NCBI RefSeq assembly: GCF_009914755.1
Contig: NC_060932.1
DNA length: 64,000 nt
Strand: one strand, 5' to 3'
DNA from: the human T2T-CHM13v2.0 reference genome, Homo sapiens
Shown here piece by piece: positions 1 to 17,189 of the stretch. The notes below the pieces were generated by a model that was given only the letters and a program-made list of their open reading frames with translations, was not told the origin of the DNA and ran no database searches. The translations under genes were made by a program, and so were the position numbers. Each line of letters begins with the position of its first letter. Position 1 is the first letter of the stretch.

Positions 1-533
1 AATGCCAGACACAAACCCTCCAAATTTTCTTTCTTTTTTTTTTTTTTTTCTGCCTCATAAATGCATAGCTGAACTGCTTTTCCCCACTGGCCAATCCCCA
101 CTGATCAATTGGAACAAAATGCTTGTTAACCAGATTTGGTTAATATCCTTTTCTTCCCCCAGGCCAAAGAACTTTGGCTCACATTCTGCTTGAGCCAGCA
201 GACAGCCCCAGAGACTAGGTTGGCCTCTGGGTAAAACATTCTTGGACCTATCATCCAATCATGCCACCCTTTCATCCTATTTCTCCACATCTATTTGGAT
301 CCTGTTGAAATCCTCTTTCATCCTATTTCTCTACACATGTTTTTCCTAGCCTCTTTGCTCCTTCCTGTAAAAGAAAAGCCCTTTTTGCATAACCCTTGAG
401 ATGATTACAGATCAGTGTTGTCCCTGTGGCAATAGCTTCACTCTCCCTATGCAATGGTTCTTTTCCCCTCTTCCAATAATCTTTTCAAATAAAGTCTCTC
501 TTAATAAATCCAGATTTGTTTTTTTATTTGACA
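1..533 (+). mobile_element. ERV1-class LTR fragment (MER31/MER67-like), 5' part outside window
   Basis: Ends with AATAAA (488) then ...ATTTGACA (CA terminus); contains the CCCTATGCAAT/GCAATAG motifs typical of this LTR group. Subfamily uncertain. Confidence 0.55.
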
Positions 534-1973
534 GTCCCCAGTGTCTAAAAGGTGCCTGGCTCATGATAGATAGCTAATGGATATTTGTTATGGACTAAAA
601 ATAGATTGCTATTTGGGATTCTAGCCAAAATATTGTAGCTCTTTTTTGTCAACCCGTATGCCTGGTGAATCCCAATGCTTGTTGTTGAAATCCCAACACT
701 GTGGAGCCACACAGAGGCAGTTTCACTTTGAACTGGCTGCAGGATGCAGAGACAGAATCTCAGGAGAGACAAGGCATTCAAGCCCAGAATGGGTGCCTGA
801 TGGTAGAAATAAAATTGCCATTAACCTATTATCTCATTTCATTTTATTCACTTGCAGAAAGAAATGCATGTTCTGATCATCTGCAGATTTCAGTTTCCCT
901 GTTACCCACTCAGTCCTTCACAGCATACCACCAGCAAGAAAGATAAGCGTAGTGTGGGGGCATGTCTTTGTATTTATGGAGACTAACTATCCATGTAATC
1001 AAAGGGTATTATTATTATTATTTTTTAAGTTTTTCATTTTTCAATTATGTATTTATAATTTTATAAATCTTGTATCTAAATTTGTGTTGTGTTCCTGGCT
1101 GTATTTAAAAATTAAGATGCACAGAAACAAAATAGAATAAAATAAGCCATAAATCCATTCTCCATCTCCAATACATACACACATCTATATCCGTCAACTA
1201 TTTTTAAAGTTTTCTTTGTTTTATATCAGTCACATTTAGCCTCTGTTTTTTGAGCATGGAGTATTTAGCCAACTATAATTTTATAGGGAAAATTATCTTC
1301 AGCCTTGAAAGATAGACCCATTCGTATTTCCCAAATCCTGCTTAAACAGCTGTGATTTAAAAAGCAAACAACTTTCCATACCAGTTCAGATTTTCCTCTT
1401 CTTGTGACTAATCTAAGCATCCTTCTCAACTGCAAATATATTAAATGATAATCATGACTGAGGTACATAGCTAATTTGGGTTTATTGCCTGTTTATATAT
1501 ATAACAAATGTAAGCTTCCGCAGTTAGCATGATTATGTTTCAAAACTCATAAAATAGGCTTTAATTTATTGTAACTATATTGTCATTTTGAGTTAATTTA
1601 TTTAAGAAAATTCAGCTCACTGCTATTAAGAAATCTTTTTCAAAGTCGAGCATGAAAAAGGCTATTAATTAACTCTTTATTGATGGATCGATCAGAGGAG
1701 GAGACTTTGCCATTCATGGGCCCTGCTGGATACTCAACACAATATAAAAGTCTTTTTTTTTTATTTTTATTATACTTTAAATTTTAGGGTACATGTGCAC
1801 ATTGTGCAGGTTAGTTACATATGTATACATGTGCCATGCTGGTGCACTGCACCCACTAACTCATCATCTAGCATTAGGTATATCTCCCAGTGCTATCCCA
1901 CCCCCCTCCCCCCACCCCACAACAGTCCCCGGAGTGTGATATTCCCCTTCCTGTGTCCATGTGATCTCATTGT

Positions 1974-5774
<3,801 letters not shown>

Positions 5775-5837
5775 TATGATGTTAGCTGGTTATTTTGCTC
5801 GTTAGTTGATGCAGTTTCTTCCTAGTCTCGATGGTCT

Positions 5838-6851
5838 TTACATTTTGGCATGATTTTGCAGCGGCTGGTACTGGTTGTTCCTTTCCATGTTTAGCGCTTC
5901 CTTCAGGAGCTCTTTTAGGGCAGGCCTGGTGGTGACAAAATCTCTCAGCATTTGCTTGTCTGTAAAGGATTTTATTTCTCCTTCACTTATGAAGCTTAGT
6001 TTGGCTGCATATGAAATTCTGGGTTGAAAATTCTTGTCTTTAAGAATGTTGAATATTGGCCCCCGCTCTCTTCTGGCTTGTAGGTTTTCTGCTGAGAGAT
6101 CCGCTGTTAGTCTGATGGGCTTCCCTTTGAGGGTAACCCGACCTTTCTCTCTGGCTGCCCTTAACATTTTTTCCTTCATTTCAACTTTGGTGAATCTGAC
6201 AATTATGTGTCTTGGAGTTGCTCTTCTTGAGGAGTATCTTTGTGGTGTTCTCTGTATTTCCTGAATCTGAACGTTGGCCTGCCTTGCTAGATTGGGGAAG
6301 TTCTCCTGGATAATATCCTGCAGAGTGCTTTCCAACTTGGTTCCATTCTCCCCATCACTTTCAGGTACACCAATCAGACGTAGATTTGGTCTTTTCACGT
6401 AGTCCCATATTTCTTGGAGGCTTTGCTCATTTCTTTTTATTCTTTTTTCTCTAAACTTCCCTTCTCACTTCATTTCATTCATTTCATCTTCCATCACTGA
6501 TACCCTTTCTTCCAGTTGATCACATCGGCTCCTGAGGCTTCTGCATTCTTCACGTAGTTCTCGAGCCTTGGTTTTCAGCTCCGTCAGCTCCTTTAAGCAC
6601 TTGTCTGTATTGGTTATTCTAGTTATACATTCTTCTAAATTTTTTTCAAAGTTTTCAACTTCTTTGCCTTTGGTTTGAATGTCCTCCCGTAGCTCAGAGT
6701 AATTTGATCGTCTGAAGCCTTCTTCTCTCAGCTCGTCAAAGTCATTCTCCATCCAGCTTTGTTCCGTTGCTGGTGAGGAACTGCGTTCCTTTGGAGCAGA
6801 GGCGCTCTGCTTTTTAGAGTTTCCAGTTTTTCTGTTCTGTTTTTTCCCCAT
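5838..6851 (-). pseudogene. L1 ORF1p with premature stop
   Basis: MGKKQNRKTGNSK... The two ORF-track pieces are in the same frame, separated by TGA at 6465-6467 (CGA>TGA, CpG deamination); ends ...LQNHAKM*. Confidence 0.95.
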
Positions 6852-7306
6852 CTTTGTGGTTTTATCTACTTTTGGTCTTTGATGATGGTGATGTACAGAT
6901 GGGTTTTTGGTGTGGATGTCCTTTCTGTTTGTTAGTTTTCCTTCTAACAGACAGGACCCTCAGCTGCAGGTCTGTTGGAATACCCTGCCGTGTGAGGTGT
7001 CAGTCTGCCCCTGCTGGGGGGTGCCTCCCAGTTAGGTTGCTCGGGGGTCAGGGTTCAGGGACCCACTTGAGGAGGCAGTCTGCCCGTTCTCAGATCTCCA
7101 GCTGCGTGCTGGGAGAACCACTGCTCTCTTCAAAGCTGTCAGAGAGGGACATTTAAGTCTGCAGAGGTTACTGCTGTCTTTTTGTTTGTCTGTGCCCTGC
7201 CCCCAGAGGTGGAGCCTACAGAGGCAGGCAGGCCTCCTTGAGCTGTGGTGGGCTCCGCCCAGTTGGAGCTTCCCAGCTGCTTTGTTTACCTAATCAAGCC
7301 CGGGCA

Positions 7307-7615
7307 ATGGCGGGCGCCCCTCCCCCAGCCTTGCTGCCACCTTGCAGTTTGATCTCAGACTGCTGTGCTAGCAATCAGCGAGACTCCGTGGGCGTAGGAC
7401 CCTCCGAGCCAGGTGTGGGATATAATCTCGTGGTGCGCCGTGTTTTAAGCCCATCAGAAAAGCGCAGTATTCGGGTGGGAGTGACCCGATTTTCCAGGTG
7501 CTGCCCATCACCCCTTTCTTTGACTCGGAAAGGGAACTCCCTGACTCCTTGCGCTTCCCGAGTGAGGCAATGCCTCGCCCTGCTTCGGGTCGCGCACGGT
7601 GCGCGCACCCACTGA
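7307..7615 (+). CDS. L1 ORF0 (antisense 5'UTR ORF), open, 102 aa
   Basis: ATG at 7307 (GCAATGG), MAGAPPPALLPPCSLISDCCASNQRDSVGVGPSEPGVGY... matches primate L1 ORF0. Expression at this locus unknown. Confidence 0.6.
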   Translation: MAGAPPPALLPPCSLISDCCASNQRDSVGVGPSEPGVGYNLVVRRVLSPSEKRSIRVGVTRFSRCCPSPLSLTRKGNSLTPCASRVRQCLALLRVAHGARTH

Positions 7616-7735
7616 CCTGCACCCACTGTCTGGCACTCTCTAGTGAGATGAACCCGGTACCTCAGATGGAAATGCAGAAATCACCCTCTTCTGCGTCGCT
7701 CACGCTGGGAGCTGTAGACCGGAGCTGTTCCTATT

Positions 7736-7746
7736 CGGCCATCTTG
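7736..7746 (-). promoter_or_regulatory. Intact YY1 site of the L1 5'UTR promoter
   Basis: CAAGATGGCCG on the minus strand a few bp from the L1 5' end. Confidence 0.85.
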
Positions 7747-10700
7747 GCTCCTCCAATATAAAAGTCTTGATGCCAGCTGTAGGGAGATAAGAGAGTCATT
7801 CTGAATATGTAAGTATCAGAAATGGCTAATTATTCTGGCTAAAATTTCTTAAAAATAACATTCAGAATATTTTAAACATTTCACATGGTATTAGGCAATC
7901 AACAGTAATTTATTGAACACCTTCACTGTGCCCAGCATTGTGCTGTGAGCCATTGGGTGATTAAAAGATGCTGTAATATTCATTCTTTCAGTGCTATTTT
8001 AGGGAATCTATTTCATTCTGTTGCCATCTGCTTGGACTAGATTAAATATTTCTTTGACTTTTTATATTCCCTGCATTGATGCTGAATATACTCACTTATT
8101 CTAGTGGAAATTAGCTCTATTTCCCTGAGCTTAAATCTTCTTGATAGTTATTGATAAGGCCATTTCTCTACCCTGGTGAATCACTTAACCAAGGATGTAC
8201 TTAATTCTTTTGAATTTTTATCTTGTTGCTTTCTTCTCCCCCTGCATCTTAACCAAATTCTGATTAGTGAGTTCATTACCATTTGTACCTTATGTCTCTA
8301 AACATGTAGCGAATCTGAGATGTTTTCATCAAATCAGGAAAATTGCTACTTCTCTCTTTCATCACACCAAGATTGATGTTCAGGTCCCCAAAATTCATCT
8401 TCATTTTGAAGATACATCATGGCAAAGGAGCACACAATCGCTGGCTATTTTTAAATTTGAGTAGCTTAAAACTGATTTAAAACACATCCTTTTTGTTTAG
8501 ATGGAGTTACTTGAAATTTGGTGCTACTTTCTTAAATTGATTAACACTTGTAGTTTCTTATGTCTTCATAATTCATGTTACAACTCTGTCCATTTCTCCA
8601 AGTACAAATAGGGTTGTCAGACAGCTTTAAAGACTGCAATCATTGAGTAATACATAAAGAGTCCAACTAAATAAATAATTTATGGGAAGGCTCTCTGGTG
8701 ATGCAAAGAATTAATGAAGTTTTTAAAGGTGCCCAATTTGCAATCAGGAATATAAATTGCTCAGATGCTGGGAAATTTTGACTTCAAGCCAAAAATTAAA
8801 AAAAGAAAGACAAAAGGCTATAAATTATTATAATTGGAGTGGAAGAAAAATATTATCGAACCCAGAGATTGCAAACAGGAGACCTCTGGGCTTGGCCTGG
8901 CCTACAGATTGCTTTTATTTTTATTTTTTTAGTTTTTATTTTGAATTTCTTTAAGAAATACAAACTGATCTTCAGTCTACCACATGCCCCACCATTACTG
9001 CTGCCTTATTCCTGACCCCATTTATGAATTTATGCTACCTGCCTGGCACCTAGATGCATTTAAATCTGTGGCCCAGTTTTTATCAATAAGGAAATGAGAA
9101 AACTGTGAGTTAAGTAATTTATTCAAGGTAACTGGTTAGCAATATGTTTCACACACAGTTTACCTCCCAAATATCCTAATTACCCATCTTGCATCATTTC
9201 CACTGCATACATGGTTGTATTTATTGGAGAGATTAAAGTCAGAACAAACTAAAAATTTAGGTCGTTAATATAACACTTCATATATTTGTGAAACAACAAA
9301 AGTATGTTGGAAGGAATAGTAAAAAGGAAGCTTAGTTCGAAAGGTTGAAGAATTTGACAGAGCTAAGGGAGAAAGCTGAGTTGTGATCTTGAGTTCAATC
9401 CCCCCACAGGCTAAATTTATTGCTCATTTCGCGCAATGAAGAAAACAACCAATAAAAACCAATTTGATTATAGCATTTCTTTCTATAAGCTTAAAGTTAG
9501 TCTCTCAAAGGTCTTACCTTTACAATGCCATTCATCCCTCAAAAGAACAAACCACTGAATTCAAATAAATAAGACCCTATGACAGGTTTAGAAATTATTC
9601 TCTCTTAGCCGTCATGTTGCTCGTGCAATATTTCTTTATGTCAACAGGACTTCATTTTAAGAAGATCATATGGTTTTGCATAAGAGGCAGTGGTATTTCT
9701 TAATTTAAGTTGCCATTAATGTGGTTAATTGAGAGTCACTGCTACATCATCTAAGCATTAAAGGGGAAAAAAAGGTTTCGTTTGTGAAATTCTGGATTTC
9801 TTGCACTTTCTGACTCAGAACTGAACATCCATTAAGAAACCTATGCTTGGGATTTTCTAAGATACTTGGATTAAGCCATTAGCAATCAGCAGGGAAGGTG
9901 CCCACAAAATGAAGGACAAAATCCAGATTGGTAATTAGAAAACACTCTCCTGTCATTCTTGGTCCAACCAGTTGCCATCAATATCCACCCACATTAGTTT
10001 ACACTCTATTTTCAATTTCTTCCCTTCCCTTCTTATTTCTTATTCCCTGTGTGGTCAATGAACTTGGAATATATTTTTCTTTTCCCCTTTGCTTGTTCTG
10101 GTTTTTCTCTTCTAGGGATAATCCCAAACAGTCCCAGCGGAAGGTGTATATGAGTTAGAAAGATTGCTCAAGAAACCCTTGCATTCATGCACCAGTAAAG
10201 TTGTACTTCTGGCAACATTCTCTTGTTTGTTTTTAGATCTTAATTAAACTAGACTCAGTTTTTAAACCTCCTCAGTGCTCCACGGCATTTTTCCATAGGC
10301 AGCACTTATCAGATTGCACTATAATTATTTGCTCACATATTCAGCTCCTTCTTTTGGCTCTATGCACCTCAATGACAAATGATTATGTCTTAATCAGGTT
10401 TGCATTCCTAGCACTTAACACAGTAAGTATTCTATTACTGAAAGAAAAAAATGAATAAAATGATACAAGATAATAGGTGTTTATGAAAAATCTTACTTTT
10501 TTGTTTTTAAAGATTCAAATGTTAGTTATTATGTAAAAACAGAAAAGTGACCTAATGGTTGAACTGGGAGGGTCAGGGAGGACAAGTTATGTATGGGATG
10601 GTGCCCTTAAAGGAAGAGAAGCTGGCTTCAGTCCAATGTCCCAAATAGATCCGAGCACAGTGGCTGCTATTGTTCTCTCTGTCAAATTTTTCCTTTGATG

Positions 10701-11466
10701 CCTTGTTCCTTACCCTTTTAACACCTCTTGATGTTTAGGAGAGCTGTTGCTCCTACTGGTAAATTCTTTATCAATATCTTTTTATTTTATAGCTTTTGAC
10801 CTACTCAGTCTGATTGGAGTCAAGTCTTGCTGACTCCAGAGCCACATTCTCTCTTTCTCTCCACTGATATAGCACTTAGTATACCAGGCATGTTCTAAGC
10901 ACCAAGCACTACCTTTAGGCTAAAGAATGAAGCTTTTGCCCTCACCCTGTGCATAGCATTTTCCTAGGATGAGGAGCTCAAGGTGCACAGCTGATGGATA
11001 TCTGGAGTCTATACCACACTCCCATGTTCCAAGGACCAGGATGCAAGGATCTTCTGCACAAATTGTCCCCAAACCTGCATTCAGGGCTTGTGTGGACTTC
11101 TGCATAAGGTCCTGCTTCCTGAGGGTGCCTGAGCTACTGGTTCGGGGTCAGGTCAGATGAGCTTTGTTGTGTATGACGTCCGCACACAGATCTGAAGCCC
11201 CCAGTAATGCAGGACAAAGACACAGGTGAAGACAGAAGGGATGGTCTATGGGTGAGTATAGGGGAGGCTCTGTCTTTACTCTATTACTACTTTCAGCTCC
11301 CATAAATGTTAAAGCTAGGCCTGCTAGGTGCTTTATATATATGGCCTCATTTGTTCTTCCCAACAAATGCTTGGGGGGGTAGGGAAGAAATAAAGTTCTT
11401 ATGGGGAAAACAAGATTACAGGGAATTACTGAAGTCTCAAGTAAACTCATCCTTTCAACAAATATT

Positions 11467-11959
11467 TGTTGATAATAACGTCCGTAGATTCTCAATTGGA
11501 ATTAACCCCTGACACGAAAGACAGATTAATGAGAGAGAAACAGAAGTTTATTAGCATGTATTTGAATTCCAGCTTATATATCATCTTCGACAAAGAACAG
11601 TACTTTAGAGAAGTGACAAGACAAAAAAAAAGGACTTTGAGTCTCTGTGTGCAGCAACTAGTGGGAAGGCAAATAACTAGCAGGTAAAAGTTAGTTAGTA
11701 AAGCTTGTTAATGTAGAGTCCTCTGGTATCATGTCCAGTCCTAGAAGGGTCTAAAGCTGCCCTCAGTGGTTAACTTTTGTTCTTTCTAATGGTGGTTTGG
11801 CAGGTGAGTGGGGAGTAGATACCTATTGTCACTGTAAATCTATGCCCTAATTTTAGGCAAATTGTGGGGGCCGAGAGCATTCCTGCATCTGCTTCTTTTT
11901 AATTGTCTTCAGCTCAACAGTCCTTCATATTTCAGGAAGGTATATTCTGATCTCCCACA
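11467..11959 (-). mobile_element. ERV1 solo LTR (MER34-like), inserted in an L2 remnant
   Basis: TG...CA termini, TTTATT (minus-strand AATAAA) near 11547, CTTCAGCTCAA...ATATTCTGATC end resembling MER34-family LTRs. Confidence 0.55.
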
Positions 11960-12365
11960 ATAAACATAGTGGTGAGCAAAAACAGAAGGCCTTTTCTCTC
12001 TTGAAACTTTTTACATCTACTAAATAAAGATATAAAAATACTCCAGTAAGCTAAGGAAGCACTATGCCATTGAACATCTCTTTAAATAGCATAAGTTTAC
12101 TGTAACACTAATTTCTGTTTACCAGTCTTGGATTGCTAGAAAATGTTTAGGCCCATCTTCCTCTACAATTTTAAAAGGATCCTCGTATAGATGTGTTTCC
12201 TTTTTTTGAGGATTTTCCTCCCATGTCTTGTTTTCAAAGCAGATATTCAAAATTTTTCTGATGTTATAACTTGGAGGTGTTGGACATAACTTTCCAAGAT
12301 CTCTGCTAGTGTTAATAACACAAACTTATTTGGTTATATGTGTTAGTGAATGTCATCAGGGATTA

Positions 12366-12402
12366 ATGTGTGTGTGTATAGATGTAGATATAGATATAGA
12401 TA
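12366..12402. repeat. (TG)n/(TAGATA)n compound microsatellite
   Basis: atgtgtgtgtgtatagatgtagatatagatatagata. Confidence 0.8.
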
Positions 12403-14026
12403 AAATATATTTTTCTTAGTGAAACAGGAGCCTTGAAATAATTGAAGGTAACTTCTTTCCTCCAATGCACACCCTCCAGTTTAGGGCTGTGCCCTTTAGA
12501 ATGACTCAGTGGGTCTCCCTCAGAAGAGGTGTTTATCTTGGAATCACTGAGGGTGGCTTTGCCTTGGGACATGAGGATAGTTGTTGCCTTCCTACTCCCA
12601 TGCTCCTGGGGCCTCTGGGCCGAGCTGGTGGTGAGCACTGGTGCATTGACAGCACAAGCTTGGGACAGAGGCCACAGCAATGGATCAGGCATCCTCACTG
12701 ACAGGCTGGCACCACCTGCATAGAACCGTTACCAGAGATGGCATGTGGCTGAGAGAGTCATTAGCCATAGTGGGCCAATCAAACTGCAGCTCTAGATTTT
12801 AGGGTGTGGGAGCCGGGGCCTCGCCTTTGGACTGACTTAGCTTTTGAGGTATGAATGGAAAAATCTGAGGTATAAAAAGACCTGAAGTGTATATCCCTGC
12901 CCCAGCTTTCCTCCTCCTTACAACACAGCTGTGCTTGGTGATGTCATGACAAGCACCTACTCAGAGCTGGCTCTTATTTTGCATCCCAGCTCCAGCTTCC
13001 CATCAGGCAGTGAGGCGAAGGCCATTCTTGGCCAGAGGTGTCTTAGTTTTCTCATCTCTCCCAAGTCTTCATGAAAGAACTCTGCCCCTCTCTGCCTCTT
13101 GCTTTATATTTTCTTTCCTATTCCCAAAGACCAATTCCCTCTTTTTCTAATGATCTCTCAGAGTACTGACTTGCAAGTTACAAATGTTAAAACCAAACTC
13201 TTGTAGTAGCTAAAAAGACCTGCAGTAATAATTCCACAAAATTTGAATAACTGCATTCAAATTTTGCAGAAAGAGGAACTCATAGCAGCTGGAATGCATT
13301 CAGACATGATTTGTAGCATTCATTTGCCAAACCATAACTCCCCTCTGATGCCCTATTAAGATATCCACTGAAGCTTTGGGAGGCCAGAAGGATGTAAACT
13401 TGAACTACATCACAAGAATGTAATTTGAGATATCAGTGTTATAGGATATACATGTAAGTTGGATGTTTGATTGGCTTAATAATTATTTATGAATACAACT
13501 ATATAATATGTTAAAATGATTTTAAAACCTAGTAAATATTTTATCCAGTTTCAGAGTCTGAATAAAATTTTTGGTAAGGTTAATGTGAATTCAGAAATAA
13601 TACTAACTTTGAAATTGATTAATTGTCATTAGGAGAAATGAGACTTCATCTAATATGATAGTATTTGTCATGGAGGTATAAAATTACATGAATAAAAGAG
13701 TGTGAACTTTAAATATCTTATTTTAAATAAGATAAAAAATCAGCATAACAAATATTTTCTGTACACATTGTTATTCATATTATTCAAAGCATAGGGGTAA
13801 AAGAGTACATTTTTAAATTAGATGGATAGTAAGTAACAAACCTAATTAAATACTCACTTGCTACTGTTTATCTTCTACATTAGATAAATTTGTTCTTTTG
13901 GAATTCAAAATGATGTCGAATTTCTGCTGAATCCATTAAAAATCAGGCTACTGATATTTGGTATTGATGAGTTATTTTATCATAAGTTTTATAAATGTTA
14001 TTAGAAGTTTATGGTAAGTTTTATGA

Positions 14027-14288
14027 GAAGAAGAGAAAAAGAAGCAACTGGTATTAGCAGGGGAAATGGTGGGAGATGCCATGATAGAACCTGATTACAA
14101 CAGCACAGGAGCTGACATTGAAATATGACAACTTTTAGTGCTCCAAAAGGCCTGATAGCTCAGTCCTTCTGGGATTCTCATTGTATAATAGAATAGTGGT
14201 TCAGAGAATTGACCTTGGAAACAGGCAGATGTGGGTTACAATCCCAGCTGCTCAAATAATTTAGGCATGTTACTTAAACTCTTTATGA
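14027..14288 (+). repeat. Diverged local duplicate of 16063-16324
   Basis: Colinear match, e.g. AGCAGGGGAAATGGT, ACAGGAGCTG, TATGACAACTTTTAGT, GGCCTGATAGC, TCCTTCTGGGAT, TTACAATCCCAGCTGC, AGGCATGTTACTTAA in both copies. Confidence 0.92.
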
Positions 14289-14531
14289 ATTTACATTGAA
14301 ATTGAAAAGGAAAATAATTAAAATAGTAAGACCATTAAATATCTGCATTAACATATGTCAATAAAGTATTTTTGTAAAGAAACTAGATATACATTTCCGT
14401 GGGCCTTTGCCTTATTCATGGCAACAAAGTCCCTTATTTGTGAATGTAATAGCTCAAGAAAAGAGGAAGTCTTGGGATATTATCATATTCTTCAAAACAA
14501 CTTTAGCCCTCATAAGTGATCATTAATTATT

Positions 14532-14665
14532 TTTTTTGTGTATTTTTTGTAGAGATGAGGTCTCACTATGTTGCATCACATGGTCTTGAACTCCTGAGCT
14601 CAAGCAATCCACCCACCTAGGCCTCCCAAAGTGCTCAGACTGCAGACCTGAGCCACCACGCTTGG
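14532..14665 (-). mobile_element. Alu left monomer (FLAM_C-like)
   Basis: GTAGAGATGAGGTCTCACTATGTTGC...GGCCTCCCAAAGTGCT...TGAGCCACCACGC; flanked by TSD-like GATCATTAA(C)TTATT at 14518 and 14667. Confidence 0.85.
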
Positions 14666-15009
14666 AGATCATTAACTTATTAATGTGCACATACACATCT
14701 TCATAGTCTTTTTCCCCAAATGGCATTACATCTCATTTGAGAAATGCATGTACTTTTCAGTGTTGGAGACAATCCTCCTCAAATCTATACTCAGAAACTT
14801 GAATTTGCTACATTTATTCTACATAGTTATCCTTTGAGCAGAATCAACAGCATCATTGCAAAAATCTCCAGAAAACTTCAAAGAAATGTAATTTTTCCTT
14901 CATTCCTGAAATGAGATATATTGAAAGTCTTCATCAGTTGTTAAGCTGTGTGAGAAGGATGAGTGCAGGGCTGTTCATCACCTAAAGGGTAGGGAAACAC
15001 ATTTGGGGG

Positions 15010-15390
15010 TATTATGGACTTAATTATGTCCCCCAAATTCATATGCTGAAGCTCTAAACCTCAATGTGATGATACTTGGAAATGGGGCCTCTAAGGAAGT
15101 AATTAAGGTTAAATGAGGTCATAAGGGTGGGGCCCTAATGTAATAGGACTGATATCCTCATAAGAAGAGAAAGAGACATTAGGAATGTGCATAAACAGAG
15201 AAGACCATGTGAGGACACAGTAAGAAGGTAGCCATCTGCAAAACAAGGAGAGAGCCCTCATTAGAAACCAATCCTGCTGGCACCCTGATCTGAGGCTTCT
15301 AACCTCCAGAATTGTTAGAAAATAAATTTATGTTGTTTAAGTCAACAAAGGTAGGGTATTTTGTCGTGGCAACCCTAACACACTAGTACA
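15010..15390 (+). mobile_element. MaLR solo LTR (MLT1A-like)
   Basis: CCCCCAAATTCATATGCTGAAG..., AAGGTTAAATGAGGTCATAAGGGTGGGGCCCTAAT, GCCATCTGCAA, AAAATAAATTT, ends ...CTAGTACA. Confidence 0.85.
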
Positions 15391-16219
15391 GAGAGTGCCC
15401 TTCCATTTACTGGTTCATCTCTTTCTGTATTTCTGCCGCATTTGCATTTCCTACCTCATCCCACTAAATATCCAAGGCCCTCTTGCTATACTCTGCATCT
15501 TCAAGGTATCCACTTATCTCCTGTATCCCAACCTGCCCTTCTGACTCGAGATCATTTTGGACACTCCAGCCACATAAATATACTACTCCTATATCTCAAA
15601 TCCTAGGAACATGTCCAAGTGACTGGCTTGCCAATTTCAGTCTTAAAAACTGCAAAGATCTTCATATAGCAACAAATAACTAACACGCCATGAAGTTCTG
15701 TACACCTTTTGCAATGCCTTTTGAGAAAAGTGCCCATGGGTGTTTCATTATAATCATGTCACCTCCACCATCACCCTAGCCACAACTAATTAGAACAAAG
15801 GTTGGTGCTGAGCAAAAGGCTACTAGCAATGGGAGGCCTATTATGCTGCCTATGAAAGCATCTTAACTGAGCGGACTACTCTTCACCTGATAATGACTAA
15901 ATAAACCAAACAGATTGTGGTTCTAAGAAAGTTTGAATGCAACATACAAAAAGAATCTCAGTAAGTAGAAGACAGAATGGGGAAAGTTGCAGAGCGAAGT
16001 GGCAGTAGGCAGAAGGCTTGAGTAGCAGAGGCCATAATTAAGGAGGGATCATGAGGTAGAGGGAAGAAGAGAAGAAGAAGCAGCTGGTAGAAGCAGGGGA
16101 AATGGTTGGAGATGCCACAGTAGAACCTGGTTACAAGATCACAGGAGCTGGCATTGAGTTATGACAACTTTTAGTTCTCCAAGAGGCCTGATAGCCTAAT
16201 CCTTCTGGGATGCAGATAA

Positions 16220-16470
16220 TATAGCAGAACAGTGGGTTGGAGCATTGACCTTGAGAACAAGCGGACATGGATTACAATCCCAGCTGCCCAAATAATTCAG
16301 GCATGTTACTTAATTTCTTTATGAGTCAGTTTTCCTGGAAAAATGGGAACAATACAAGTACTCCCTCATGTTAATTGCTGTGAGGATTCAATGCCATATT
16401 GCTTGAAAAGTTCTTGCAGTAATGCTTATACATGGGGAAAGATTAATAAGTTTTAGCTATTATTATTACT
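16220..16470 (+). mobile_element. MIR SINE
   Basis: Core GGCATGTTACTTAATTTCT..AGTCAGTTTTC..AAAATGGG..TGTGAGGATT and (TAT)n tail. Confidence 0.75.
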
Positions 16471-17189
16471 ATAAATTGTGTATCCTTATAATAAGTTCCC
16501 ATCTGATAAAGTAAATGAAGTATGGATCTATTTCCTGCAACCTGAAAGGGACTAACACATAGTGTGGCTCAGATAATTGAATGAAAAGTTGCAGGAACAA
16601 AAAACTTGGGATAGGAAATGGAAACTATAGTACTCTGTTTTCATAGATCTCCAAACACTCCCTGGCTTCATTCCCTCCTACCCAGTGATGCTGTGCAGCA
16701 ATGAGTGATCAAAATGTCAAGTGCCTTCCATGATATAGTCTGGACAGGAATATTGGATAACGGGGGAAGGAGAGTTCCTCCAGAGGAGTACTGGTCAGAT
16801 AGAAAACATGTCTTTACTGTAGCAATTCATCTGAGATCCCGCAGCTAAATAAGATTTGAATGAAAATATTCTCTCTCCAACTTCCATGCTCCTTCCTCAG
16901 CCTTTCTAATATCAGTTAATGAGCTCTTTTAAGTTATAGAACTGATCATTTTGATAACAGTGGTTATGCCACCCTATTTGGTTCACTGTAGACATTCATT
17001 ACAGGTTGAATTACTTTACTCTTCCTTTTTGTCAAGAATTTCCAACCTTGAACACTTCCTGCTGTTTGATGCTATGCAATTGTCCTCTGGGATGAGTATC
17101 AGTATACAATGATGCAGCATTAGATCTTTGCTTTTAGTCTCTCAATTCTTGCAGAAATATGCTTGAGTTTGTACTTCCTCTTGAAAGTC

